Shown: one piece after another, positions 15,840 through 27,282 of the stretch | How the letters are laid out: every line of letters starts with the position of its first letter | Numbering within the stretch: the first letter of the stretch is position 1 | From: Tubiluchus corallicola | Lineage: Eukaryota; Animalia; Priapulida | Length of the DNA: 30,792 nt | Reading direction: 5' to 3' | NCBI GenBank assembly: GCA_030141605.1 | Contig: JAQGDQ010001656.1 | Coordinates: 1 to 30,792 of the forward strand | Made by a program: the position numbers and the translations under genes | The notes under the pieces: model-generated | Database searches by the model: none | What the model saw: the letters and a program-made list of their open reading frames with translations, nothing else | Told to the model about the DNA's origin: nothing

Positions 15840-16050
15840 ATGATTACGACAAAGTCCATTTGGTTCCCGAGTTTTCGGGTATCTCAGTTGTATGACTTGG
15901 TACGTATACGTAGACGTCCATGTTGTTGTGTGTGCATCCTAATATTTGAATACTGTATTTGAACTCACCAGTTTATTTGTTGTTGCCGTTTCGGCTATCC
16001 CGTTCATTACTGTTGAACATTCCTTTGATATATCACATACAGCTTCAGGG
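15840..16050 (-). mobile_element. Decayed RTE-type APE endonuclease fragment
   Basis: Minus strand reads FNSNE..IAETATTNKLVSSNTVFKY*DAHTTTWTS and NQMDFVVI, matching the N.NG...L...NT.F.H.....TW and NQID motifs. Confidence 0.65.
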
Positions 16051-16389
16051 AAGTTAAAGGAAATTAGACACGTTAGCAGTTAATGTCCTTGACAATAATA
16101 AAAATAAACCACTCAAAAGACAAAGTAAAGTGTTAATAGCTGTAAGACTAAACCATTGCTGCGCCTTTTTTAAATATTAGAGTATCTAGCTATTACATAT
16201 CTAAAACGAACCGCAGATCTTTTCTGGTTTATGATAGTTATGATGATACATTATGATAGTTCACTAACTCCGGTAGTAATGTATATGTGATGCGAGTATA
16301 AAATAATGTTCATTAAATGTCCAAAATTTTCTATCTCTAATAACTTGCTTCGTTAACAGACCTACAAATCTTATCACTTAATTTTTCGC

Positions 16390-16590
16390 CCATAGCTTCC
16401 CAATTGTGTCCCCATAGTTCTACGCATGTCTTCACTTTCATTTTTAATATAGATCGTATAAGACCCTAGTTATATTGCCATGATTAACAACTTTCTGATT
16501 GTAGGCCGTCTCTGTTATGATCAATAACATGTCCTTAACGTTTCAAAAGTCAAGTATATCCTGATAATAACACGCCCGAGCTTACGAGAT
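16390..16590 (-). mobile_element. Possible highly decayed CR1/L2-type LINE remnant
   Basis: Minus-strand pieces GVLLS, LTFE, VLY and VELWG occur in the order expected after the RT thumb (LGV..D..LTF...LY...Y...WG), but with several frameshifts. Confidence 0.3.
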
Positions 16591-16742
16591 TCTATAGAAA
16601 TGTAGCAATTTGTTTCATTAATGTATGTTGTGTATTTACATGTAGTTTCCCAGTTAAGGCGTCAACTAATAAGAAAACTAAACGTCACCAATTATTACGA
16701 ATTTGAGCGTAAACTAAACTCTCACAAGTAGTTTGACGACTG

Positions 16743-16960
16743 ATCTATACTCTTATATTAATATTCTTGGTATCTTAATATATTTATATATATATATAAG
16801 ATTCGAGGCTACAGCCCGGACGAGGGCACCATTTGCGGCGATCTATACATCAAACGAAAGGTCTCCATCTAGTGTCGTGCCATTGATGGTTTATTTTTCG
16901 AATTGGGCCCACCGCGAGGAAGGGGAGGCGAAAAACGTTACCCTCATGTTTATCTCTTAA
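16743..16960. mobile_element. Possible non-autonomous DNA element fragment (Helitron-like 5' end)
   Basis: A TC(T)ATA.../TCTTAATATAT...TATATAAG start is followed by an abrupt GC-rich block containing ATACATCAAACGAAAGGTCT. No 3' hairpin-CTRR end was found. Confidence 0.3.
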
Positions 16961-17345
16961 ATATCACTATAGATATATCAGACAAAAAATGTCTTTTTAT
17001 GATTTCTAGGTCACCAGTTCAAAATCACCGACTATTCTCACCAAAGATATTTTCCACTTAATACACGCCCATTTGCTCGCTTGTGAAACTCTGGAATTCT
17101 TGTGACTTTTTTGAAGCATAAAAAATTCTGCACAGTTCACATAGAAAATTTAGTGGGGTCAATATAGGGAATATCGCAAAAAATTCAAGAAAACAATTTA
17201 TGGTGTTTTCTTGTAGTATTTGGTCCAGGGAATAACATGTCTCACAAGGGCTCTAATTACGACGTCAAAAAATGGCTGCGATTTAATCAAAATGAATGGG
17301 TATTAAGTCTATCAGAATGGCGAACAATGCTCATTTTGACTCAGA

Positions 17346-17790
17346 AGCAGGAAAATCTTACAGTGCTAAAACCCATTCAGGTGATTAATTTAGGTTATGA
17401 AATCAATCGAAATTCGTCCGATATGGTCGTAGTTTTCAAGATGGCCGACAACATGGCTGTTGATAGCTTATAAGGGCCATATCCTAGCTGTCACAACTGA
17501 CAGGATGACTAAATACAGGTGTTCAAGGTCAAGAAATACATATGTGATGCTCGAATGCCTCTATAATACATGTATCACCTAATTTCAAGATGGCTGCTAA
17601 GATGGCTACAAATGTTGCACGAAACGACAGAATTGTCCATTTTGCCTTAAAAACAGGAAACCTTGCACAATGCTAAAACCCACCCAGTTGTTTAATTTTG
17701 GATATGGAGCCAATCGAAAAAAATTTTTTTTGTCACAGTAGTATTCAAGATGGCCGGCAGGATGGCTGTTGCCAGCTCATAAGAGTCATA
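17346..17790. repeat. Diverged direct repeat (period about 306-309 bp) rich in TTCAAGATGGC motifs
   Basis: CAGGAAA...TGCTAAAACCCA..CAG...AATCGAAA...TTCAAGATGGCCG....ATGGCTGTTG..AGCT.ATAAG...CATA occurs at 17346-17481 and again at 17652-17790. CAAGATGGC lies at 17437, 17586 and 17746. Confidence 0.75.
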
Positions 17791-17839
17791 CCTTTTAGGG
17801 ATTGTGAACGAAGTCTTCATCATTTCTGTTAACCAATTT

Positions 17840-20265
17840 AACCAATTCGCCAACATAATCTCTCCAGTTCTAACTCATACAATCAATAAATCACTCTTAC
17901 TAGGTATTTTTCCTGATAAACTAAAACTAGCTAAGGTATTACCAATTTACAAATCTAATGACCCAGACATTCCTTCTAACTATACGCCTATTTCATTACT
18001 GTCCCCCATTGCAAAAATTTTTGAATCTGTAATATATTCTAGACTTTCCAACTTTTTTGCCAGTTGCAACATCTTATGTAAATACCAGTTTGTCTTCAGT
18101 AAAAACTACTCAGCAATGCTCGCTACGGCAGAAATAATAGTTACTATTCGTTCTAACCTAGTAAAAAATTAACAACTTGTGGCATATTTATTGACCTTTC
18201 AAAGGCATTTGATACCGTACAGCATCACATACTATTAAACAAACTCGAACATTATGGTATTGGGGGTACCCCACTAGAACTACTAAAATCATGCCTTACT
18301 AACCGTAAACAATATACTTGCATAAACAATACCAACTCGGATATCACTAGCATAAGATGTGGAGTACCCCAAGGTTCTACATTAGGTCCCCTTTTTTTCT
18401 TAATTTACATCAATGATTTGGCGCACTGTTCTGATTTCCACGTCCGGTTATTTGCAGATGATATGAACCTATTTTTACATGGTACTAATCTTAGACAGCT
18501 TCAACTCAAGACTAACAATGAACTAGACAAGATAGATACATGGATGAAGGCTAATAAGTTAACAATAAACTATGAAAAAACGAAATATATGCTTATTTCT
18601 AGCCAAGCCTTTGATGCACGTAATACTTTTAAGCTGTTTATGGGGGATAATGAATTAATTGCAGCCGATAATTTAAAATACTTAGGTTTGTACATTGATA
18701 ATACATTGTCATGGAAAACTCAAATTAAATCAGTCACGTATAAACATAATAAGCTCATTGGTCTTTTTGCTAAAGTGCAATATTTCTTAGACACCTTCGT
18801 CTTACGAATGCTTTACTTGCATATCCTTATCTCCGGTATTGTATCCTGTGCTTTGGTACTGCAAATACATCTGTCCTAAAACCACTCATTACAGCCCAGA
18901 ATAAGATAGTGAAAATCATTGCATTTAGCTCATATCGTGCTCATGCTACACCCTCTTATGTTAAACTAAAACTGTTAAAACTTAATGAAATCTACCAATT
19001 AGAGCTGGCTAAATTCATGTATCGTTTTTTAAATAAGAACTTACCTGAACTATTCTTTAAATATTTTACTACCATATCTGAAATCCATAACTACGAAACT
19101 AGATCTGCCACTCGTGGTCTATATTTTACGCCCAGTTTCTGTACCACTCATGGATTAAGTACTATCAAATATCAAGCTGTTAAATTCTGGAATTGTTTGA
19201 ACAGTAATATTAAAGATTCTAACAGTATCTATATTTTGATCTCTAAACTTGAAAAGCAATTGCTATTAACTTACACTGATTAATTTCAAGCTCTTACTCA
19301 ACTATATTCTATTTTCTTTACCTAACTTAATAATCCTAACTACTTTAATATTCATAAAACTGAAAATACTACAGCATGCCATGAATCTGTGGCTCAGAAA
19401 ATGTACTCTAATACTCAATTAATTTTTTTCTTAATTATTGAATAACGAGCTACTGATTCGTACTTTGAATGCTGTTACTTATAACTCTACAAATTAATTA
19501 ATCCACAGGCAATTAAGATATTATCCTAAATATCAGGAAATACTTTGTCTTTCTTCTCTTCTTTACAGCAGAGTAATTATTAAAGTCATACTGCAATACT
19601 ATTTTATGAGTAAAGATTTAGGTGTTGTTCACAGATTGCACAAGTCTTACCTCTCCTTTATAAAATTACTAAAAAACCTGTATAGCTAAATGTTTGTCTT
19701 ATCAGTATATTGAAAATTATATTATTTAGTATTATTGTCCAAGTCAGTAGATTTGTTCTTAATCAATAAGCCTAGAAATAATGAAGTTGAACTCAAATCA
19801 AAATGTATTTAACTCCTGTTATTGATTAATAGCATTATTAACCCAAAGTGTTTTTATCATTTCATAACAATTTTGACCTGTATTTCACATAAAATCTGAA
19901 TGCAATTTTTAGTTTAATCAAGATTGACCTTATTTTGTTGCCCGCTAATTAAACTACATGTATATTCTTTTCTCTGGTTTATATAGCAAATGTCATAATT
20001 TTTAAAATTACTAATGTTTCCTAAATTAAACTGATAACATTAATGCCCACCAGTGTCTAAAAAATCTTTTTATTTATATTCGGTAAAGTATAGCAGACTA
20101 GGTGGCTTTATAGTCTTTTCGCTATCCTTTCTCTAGTTCTAGATCTATCTATACATTTTAACCATTCTTCAAAACTTAGTAGAGATTCTTTTATTAATCA
20201 CATTTTATTGTAGCATTATAAAGAGATAAATAAATTAAAATTGAATTGAAAAATTGAATTGAATT
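17840..20265 (+). mobile_element. 5'-truncated CR1/L2-group (Crack/Daphne-like) LINE with frameshifted RT and long 3' UTR
   Basis: Motifs GIFPDKLKLAKVLPIYK, NYTPISLL, GIFIDLSKAFDTV, GVPQGSTLGPLFFLIYINDL, LFADD, KYLGLYID and HNYETR. Frameshifts lie near 18170 and 18815, and the ORF ends at 19283. An AT-rich 3' UTR of about 1 kb ends in AATAAA and an (AATTG)n tail at about 20240-20265. Confidence 0.92.
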
Positions 20266-20459
20266 TAGCATGGAATATGTAAACAAAATAGTGTATTTTG
20301 GGACAGCAAGCGAAAAAGCCTTTCCAGAGCATGTTCGGCAAAATAATAAAAATTTATCAACATTGTCAGTTGCAAGCTATGTGACTATATATTTCTGCTA
20401 TGAACAATGATTGTGCAAAATACAAAAAAATTATAAATCCAAAATCAACCACCACGGCT

Positions 20460-20552
20460 ATCATCATTAGGATAGTTGTCATCATGATCGCCGTTGTTAT
20501 CGTCACCAGCCATTGTTATCGTCATCATCATCATCGTCGTCGTCGTCGTCGG
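20460..20552. repeat. Degenerate (CAT)n/(CGT)n trinucleotide repeat
   Basis: GTCATCATCATCATCGTCGTCGTCGTCGTC with degenerate upstream units. Confidence 0.75.
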
Positions 20553-20809
20553 CGTGTTGTAATTTGTTTAGCGTTATGAACAGTAAAAAAATCATTTTTC
20601 CTTTTTTAAGGCGGTGCGACAGCTTACGAAAGTTGCAGGTTCAGTCTGCTCAAGCTACGTACAAAATATTTGAAAATTAGTGTGTGCAGAAATGTTTGCT
20701 TACCAGTATGGGTCAGAATGTTTAATGTTAACATTAATTGTAGTTTAGATGTTCTTTCGATGTGTATATTTCCAATGTCTGAAATAATGCCATCAATTAC
20801 CTTATCTCA

Positions 20810-21430
20810 ACCATTAACCGCTTATTGCAAGTTTAAATCAGAATTTAAGCAAGAAAACTATTTTACATTTTTACAAACAACAAAGGTGAGAAATTATGTT
20901 CACGAAGCTGCGAATAAGTGCACATAACTTACATATAGAAAAAGAACGACACCAACAAGCTAAAGTCCCCATCCCCATGTGAATCTGTCAGCATTGTGAC
21001 AGTAAACAAGTAGAAGAAATTCATTTTTTGTTCTGTTTCTCCTTCTACAACCGTTTAAGACAAACTTTTTGTTCTGATTTAACAGGCATTAGTAGCAATT
21101 TTATTAATTTGAACGATAACGAAAAGCTAAAATTCCCGGGGGAGGGGTATGCGATATAACCAAAATAGTCGCTCGTAACATTTTTAAGTGTTTCAAAAAA
21201 GGAATAAATCGAACTAATGTGTAAATATTGATAATAATATTTATTATTTCCTCATAATACGCTAACCGTATTTATATTAATATTATATATTTTAACATGT
21301 ATTTGTTATTTGTTATGTGTTTTTGCTGCTATAGCTATAGTGTAAAAGCAGCGTTTTGTACTTATGTATTTTGTTATTGTTTTGCTATTATGTATGTCAT
21401 TGTAATGTAATGTAAAATTCTAAATTCTAT
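20810..21430 (+). mobile_element. 3' fragment of a non-LTR retrotransposon with degenerate C-terminal CCHC zinc knuckle
   Basis: Reads LTAYCKFKSEFKQENY, then after a frameshift KLRISAHNLHIEKERHQ...*ICQHCDSKQVEEIHFLFCFSFYNRLRQ. A TG-rich 3' UTR and a short repeat tail follow. Confidence 0.8.
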
Positions 21431-21528
21431 CTAAATTACAAATTAAAATAATTGATCATTTAAAAGAACATAAGATGTTCTTTGCAATCCAATGAGGTTT
21501 TTGGTCTTATCAAGTATTTTTATTTCAG

Positions 21529-21831
21529 ATGACATATACATCGAAGAACATCCTGGCAATATCAGTGTTATCCTAGGTACAAATGCAACATTGCCATGTG
21601 TGGTAAATGGATCAGATGATGCTTTATCTACAGACTTCAATGCAACGTGGTTTAGAGACGACGTAGAAGTGACTTTAGACGAAAACTATCGATGGGCGGA
21701 TTCAAATGCATCTCTCGTTTATAGCTTGTTTATTGACAGTGTCACTGTAATTGACGAAGGAGTTTGGCAATGCGTTGTGGAGTGGTCAAATGGAAATTTG
21801 TCTTCTGATAATGCTTTTCTAACCGTTTTAG
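21529..21831 (+). CDS. Ig-domain protein gene, exon 2 (complete V/I-set Ig domain)
   Basis: Acceptor TTTTTATTTCAG and donor TAG|GTAAAA; 303 nt, phase 1-1. Canonical Ig motifs G..ATLPC, TWFRD, YSLFIDSV, DEGVWQC and AFLTVL. Confidence 0.93.
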
Positions 21832-22274
21832 GTAAAATTTTAGTTATTTTATTTCCTTTCGAAGGTGTCAATAAGAACAATTGGGTTTGTTTGTTTGCAC
21901 ATACGTAATAATTTATTTATCAACAAGTGGTAATATTACAGAATGCAGGGTAGATATAACTCTAATTTGTCCTTAAAAAGCAACGTTTGAGAAAACTGTG
22001 GTTTCAGTTACCCTATTGCGTTAGTGCTATGTGAAGGGCCCGGTTGAGCCCCAAAACCTAGAGAAGAAAGTAACTGCTAGTAGCCGTTTGCCTTAACGTA
22101 GTAATTTCTTCGAGTTAAAGATGAGAGACTGTAAGCTGATACACAAAAAACATGCCTCGAGGGCTGAATGTGTACAGAGTTTTAAATAAGTCCCTTCCAG
22201 TTAATTTCAGTTTCTTTCTATGCAAAAATAAGGATTTTACATTCAACATGTAATATGTTTGACTACTTTTATAG

Positions 22275-22418
22275 TACCAGTGAAAAACATTACACTGATA
22301 GATGAAAATGGTAAAGACGTGACCGATGGAACCCTCGAAGTAACATCACACAAGTCAACAACAGTAAATTGTACTACTACTGGATCTAAACCGTCTAGTA
22401 CAATAACATGGCTGCTAG
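22275..22418 (+). CDS. Ig-domain protein gene, exon 3 (first half of a C2-set Ig domain, nephrin/CADM type)
   Basis: Acceptor CTTTTATAG and donor TAG|GTAAGT; 144 nt, phase 1-1. Encodes VPVKNITLIDENGKDVTDGTLEVTSHKSTTVNCTTTGSKPSSTITWLL, which has the C...GSKP...ITW motif. Confidence 0.9.
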
Positions 22419-22775
22419 GTAAGTATTAACTCACAGAAAAGCATTAATTTTGTATTGTGTGTGGGACAGAAAGCGTTATTATGTGCCATTATTTTTTATT
22501 TTTTAATTGTCTGGCATTAACACGTAACACTGATCAATTAAATATTAACTTCCGCGAACAATTTAACGCAGGCCCAATAAAACATGAAAGTTTTATGAGC
22601 TAAGATGATTCTCCACATAGTACTTGATTTATCTAAGACACTGGTTTCTTGGTTTATTAAAGAAATCAATGATGTACTTACTTTTTAATGCTAATACAGG
22701 ATTACGCTAGTAAAATTTTGTCCGGGGTGCACAAGCAGCGAAAAATAAAACAGAACAATGTATTACATTACCAAC

Positions 22776-22817
22776 GTTTAAACAATAGTGTTACATATGC
22801 AATACTATTGTTTAAAC
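22776..22817. repeat. 42-bp near-perfect palindrome
   Basis: GTTTAAACAATAGTGTTACAT|ATGCAATACTATTGTTTAAAC has two non-Watson-Crick pairs and no spacer. Confidence 0.85.
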
Positions 22818-22939
22818 TGTGACATTGCAGACAGAATAATCATTGTTGAAACAATAGCCTGAAATTTTATCATGCTCTCAAAATTTAGCGTGAAAGCCTT
22901 GTGTGTCTCACACAGCCTGTACATCCTGAGAGGGTGACA

Positions 22940-23220
22940 AGAGCAACAATTCGAAAATTCTGAGATTAATTTCTCTAAACGAATTGAATGGCCGGAAGTC
23001 CACTGGATATCAACCCAGCTGAATGCACTGGAGCTAGCCTAAAAGAAAAATTGGATGATAAACGGATCCAAGAAAGTATCATTGATTTGTTTTTCAAAAT
23101 AATAATCTGCAGAGCGAAACATCTATGTGTTGGAAGATCTTGAGTTCTTCAAGTCGCTGCTCTGTTCATATTCCTTAAGATTGCAGGTTGGGCGAGATGC
23201 GCGAAGATACCACGTAAACA
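22940..23220 (+). mobile_element. Tc1/mariner-superfamily transposase C-terminal remnant (intronic)
   Basis: Reads EWP, then after a frameshift GSPLDINPAECTGASLKEKLD, resembling the WP..SPDLNP.E....LK catalytic motif. It is followed by VLEDLEFFKSLLCSYSLRLQ, resembling the terminal L..S.P.RL motif. Confidence 0.6.
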
Positions 23221-24313
23221 TTGAGGGCATGATAGATTCTCTCAGTGGTGTTTCAGCAATACTCGGACGAATAAATTGTGTTCTACTGCAGCTGCTCATT
23301 TTTGTATCCCACTAACAAAATTCAAGTTAGTTGTTGCACGTACTGCGTTTCGTGAATAATATAGTGGTTGCGATGTTCACATTCTAAGTAGAAAGTTACA
23401 GTGCAATAACTTTAAAAAAAGAGTATTGAAGTTAATAAAACCCATATTCAAGCTATTATGTACAATATGATTTATTTTTTCTTTCAATGTGTTATTAATA
23501 CAAAAAAATTCAGGTAAAATTGCCAACTTTATTAAGATAAATAACGCACAAAAGCAGTAGAGCTGATGTAACCATATTTGCTTAGATGATCTCAAGCTTT
23601 GTTAAAAGTAAATGTAAGATTTATGGAATAACGAAGTAAATGTGAGATTGATGGAACAAGCCCACAATTTAGTATATGTGACCCCCGTAAGACGTTTGTG
23701 CGTAACCGTAACGTCACTTGACTAACTGAAGTTCCAATTTGGTACCTTAACATCACCCTAAACTGATTCTAAGAATTTTTCTAAAAAAAAACGATGTTGG
23801 ATTAATGTTTTACTTGTCATTTTGTACAAATAAATTAATTTTAGTGCACAAATACCATGGAAGCCATAAATCGGACATAAGGAACCATTCATAAAATCCG
23901 TTTTTTGTAACTAAATATATTTATTTAAGGCTTCGAAATTAATTGCAAAAAATTATCTAATTAATAGCTAGACTAGCTAGTAATTACTCTAGCGTGAGAA
24001 AACTCGCCTCAAAAAATTTTGAATTGGTTGGCCAAACATGTCATCTAGCGGTCAATTACAGCTTAGAGGCCTAGAATATTTATCTGAGAAATTGAAGCTT
24101 GTCTAGAGCGCGATGGATACTTTAAGTTCCACCTGTAGATTTTCGTCTCAGACAGGGAAACGGCAGAACCATGTATTTTCTTAGCGAGTTCTTTTGATAG
24201 AAAGTGAAGCATCTAGCTTATAATAATTTCTCTCCTACAGCTTATCCACATTAGTTAATTACTTAGTAGTTGTACACATGCAAAAATTGGTAAATTTTTA
24301 CTATCTTTTATAG

Positions 24314-24505
24314 ATGAAAATAACATCAACGAATTCGCTGAAGTAACTACAGCTGTTAATGATGAAGAACCAGATACATTCGATACTACGAGTACTCTCA
24401 CATACACATTTCTTATACCGGATTACGAGAACGCAACGCTAATTTGTGATGCTACAGTTGATGGTATATCTCTAGAAAACTGGAGAGCTTTGGCGTTCAT
24501 TAATT
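24314..24505 (+). CDS. Ig-domain protein gene, exon 4 (second half of the C2-set Ig domain)
   Basis: Acceptor CTTTTATAG and donor AATT|GTAAGT; 192 nt, phase 1-1. Encodes DENNINEFAEVTTAVNDEEPDTFDTTSTLTYTFLIPDYENATLICDATVDGISLENWRALAFIN, which has the TTSTL...D.....L.C motif. Confidence 0.9.
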
Positions 24506-25894
24506 GTAAGTGAATACGTCATTATCTCATTTTTATGACGTCACTGCTTTTTCAGAACTTTTTTTAGTTTACAAATATTCTCTTTCCCGTGGCACAAGTC
24601 ACAAATTTGTACCCAAGCCCAAAACAATCCCAGTAATTCTGCTGAACAGAAAACAAATTTTAAAAATTGAGGTGATATTTGCTTGATGTACTGCGCTGTC
24701 CAAATAAGTGACCTTACAGTGAAATACACTAATATTCTGCGCCCAATATCCATGCCAAGCGCGTTGAACTTGGGACCCAAAAAATGTTATTGGCTACAAG
24801 TGATTCGCAAATTCGGAAAAACCACAGGATATTGCAGTAGAAGAATTTGTGAATCAACTTTTAGCGGCAAAAAGATATAGAGTCCTAAATCTTCTTCATT
24901 TACACAGGAGTTTTATTTCTATTATTTTTATTTTATTTTGTGACACGTCACCCCCGTATAAAAGCCATGGGTACAATTTTTGAGCTAGAGCTACAATTTC
25001 TGTATATAACTTAGTGGAGTCGAAACCCTGTGCATACCTAAATATGGGTCATTTGCTTGTGGGAAAATTTTTTGGCAAGGGCAAAATGGGAGAGTCGCGG
25101 ACACCAATGATTTCAATGTCGAGTAATAGTGATTTGTAGTACATCAACTGAAGGGTTTCGATGAAACAAAGTGAAGGGTGTATGTTGGCCCGAGGTTGGT
25201 TGACAGTTGCACTCGGGTTATGAGTTGATGTTCGAAGTTAGAAGGTCGCTGATGAAAAAGTTTCAAGTTCCCATTTTGTTTAAACTACTAAATTAATGTC
25301 GAGCACAGCAGAAGGCCCTACTTACATACCTTTGTTAACTATTTTGAAAAACTTCATTCGTTAACATGAAACAAAAGCTGTTTCAGAACAGGTCACAGAA
25401 GCAGAATCTTACCACAGTTTTTGACACTGTGCCCGGACTCGTGTACTAATTTCTTTGCATATTAAGGATGAACGAATTCCTAGTATTCTTCAACATTCTG
25501 TAAGCAAGCTGTTCAACAAAACAAATTCTGGGATAATGATAATATACGTGTAATATAATGATAAAATGATATAATAATATAAACAAATTTATATGAAATT
25601 TATAAGAAAGATATGTATAGTCTTAAAATTTTGTATCACTGACATACTGCCTTATTTGAGTTTGTATTAGCGTTGTTCAAAATTTGAAAATTTAAATTTC
25701 CGCGATGACCATTAGGTGCAACCATTTTGACGGTAGGTCGCTTGAAAAAAGTTTAATTAAACATTACCTAAAGTTTAAAAAATTTTAAAAAATTTAAAAG
25801 GATACCTGCTGTTGCTCTGTATGGCGCGTGGTATTTAGGGTAAAATTGGGGTAATCATAGTCTCTGTTATATAGTTGTATTTTATCATTTTCAG

Positions 25895-25926
25895 TCGGCC
25901 CAAAAGCTCCTTGGAGCTTATGTTAA
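25895..25926 (+). CDS. Putative terminal exon 5 of the Ig gene (FGPKAPWSLC-stop)
   Basis: Strong acceptor TTTATCATTTTCAG. The phase-1 join gives ...FIN-FGP, resembling the V.YGP Ig end motif. TAA lies at 25924-25926 and AATAAA at 25952. The spliced CDS totals 756 nt (251 aa). Confidence 0.5.
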
Positions 25927-27005
25927 CTGTTGATCTAAAAAGCCGATTTTAAATAAAGCTTATTATTATAATAGGTCTTTCAAGTAAGTAAGTAAGCAAA
26001 ATGCTAAGAAAAGTTAGCAAAATCCTCAGAAATATAATTTTGAGTGAATTGTTTTTTTATTTACTTTAAAATTGTTTTCTTGCCTTTTAGTGTTACAGAG
26101 AAACGCTTTAAACCAAGAAACTTCTATTTTATATAAATAACAGACAGCTTGATTGACTGCTTCACATCACATTACAATTCACAGTATGCTTTAAAAATTA
26201 CAACTATTACAACTACTTTGCAAAAGTACAAAATTACAACTATTTTTTAATCTTTACACAATAAAAATGAAAAATAACCTGAAAAAAATCGCCCGTTAAT
26301 ATGATTTCACAAAAAAAACAAAATCGTGCCAAACTTTAAGATCAAGAGCAAAGAGAAACACAGAGCCCCATTTATACCAAAGATTTGTAAACATAAAGAT
26401 GCAGAAATCTTCTAAAATAAAAAACCGTACAAAGAACACAAGGGAAAAAAGACTACACTTTTATGCTGCGGACAGAGTAGAAGTAATATTGAAGAATGAC
26501 ATAAAAAAACTAATCTAAATGTCCCGCTTTATTTCCAATGTTCTAATATAGTACTGCGACTGCGCCAATGTAAATTTCATCAATAATTCAAGTACTAATA
26601 TTAACTAGTAGCTAAATTTAGTTAACGGTCTTGGATCAACAAACTTTTTGTAATGGATTTTTTACTACGAAAGTTTTACCAATTATGCATCATGGTCTAA
26701 CAAACATAGGTGTGCATTATATACAAATCAGATAAGTTTATTTACTGCCGTTGGTATAACATATTACCATACAGTAGTCTACCTTATCTTATCACGGAAT
26801 TTTGGAGTGTTAAGATCACAAAGATCCGTAAGTTTGTGGAGATTTGACAGGACCAGGTGAACGAAAGACCAGTACTTGTGTTATATCATATCAGTTTTTC
26901 GCTATCTTAAATAAATGTTTGTTGATCGTAAAATGATGATTATCAATTACTAATGTACAATAGTAGCATTTGGCTTATTTATGTAGACGTGTTGAACTTT
27001 GGATG

Positions 27006-27041
27006 TATAAAATATACGGTATAATTACTTGATTATCAGTA
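27006..27041 (+). promoter_or_regulatory. Candidate core promoter (TATA + Inr) of the repeat-protein gene
   Basis: TATAAAA at 27006-27012 and TCAGT at 27036-27040, with the A 32 nt after the first T of TATA. The region is AT-rich, so a chance match is possible. Confidence 0.3.
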
Positions 27042-27282
27042 TTAATGTGAGTGTTATTCGTGTGGGTGGGCCAGTCTGTTAACAATTCGTGTCCTGTTAG
27101 CTTTAGTGATTGGTGCTTTTAAAACAATATTACCTACACGCGTTTTTCGTCATTTACACTTTGGGTTTTACTCACGAAAGAAATTTATTGCCAGAAACTG
27201 TTTATATAGGATTTCACACGGCGACTGTTTCGTACTGGTGGACAGAGTCTCACTCTATTTGCATGCCTACTCAAACTAAAAC

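Noticed and set aside
20611-20660. Possible extra micro-exon after the acceptor-like TTTTTCCTTTTTTAAG
   Set aside because: Only weak donors follow, and exon 1 already joins exon 2 cleanly.
21492-21908. Single-exon 138-aa Ig protein with its own signal and TM-like ends
   Set aside because: The hydrophobic ends are intron sequence (polypyrimidine tract and post-donor). Canonical phase-1 splice sites bound the Ig domain exactly.
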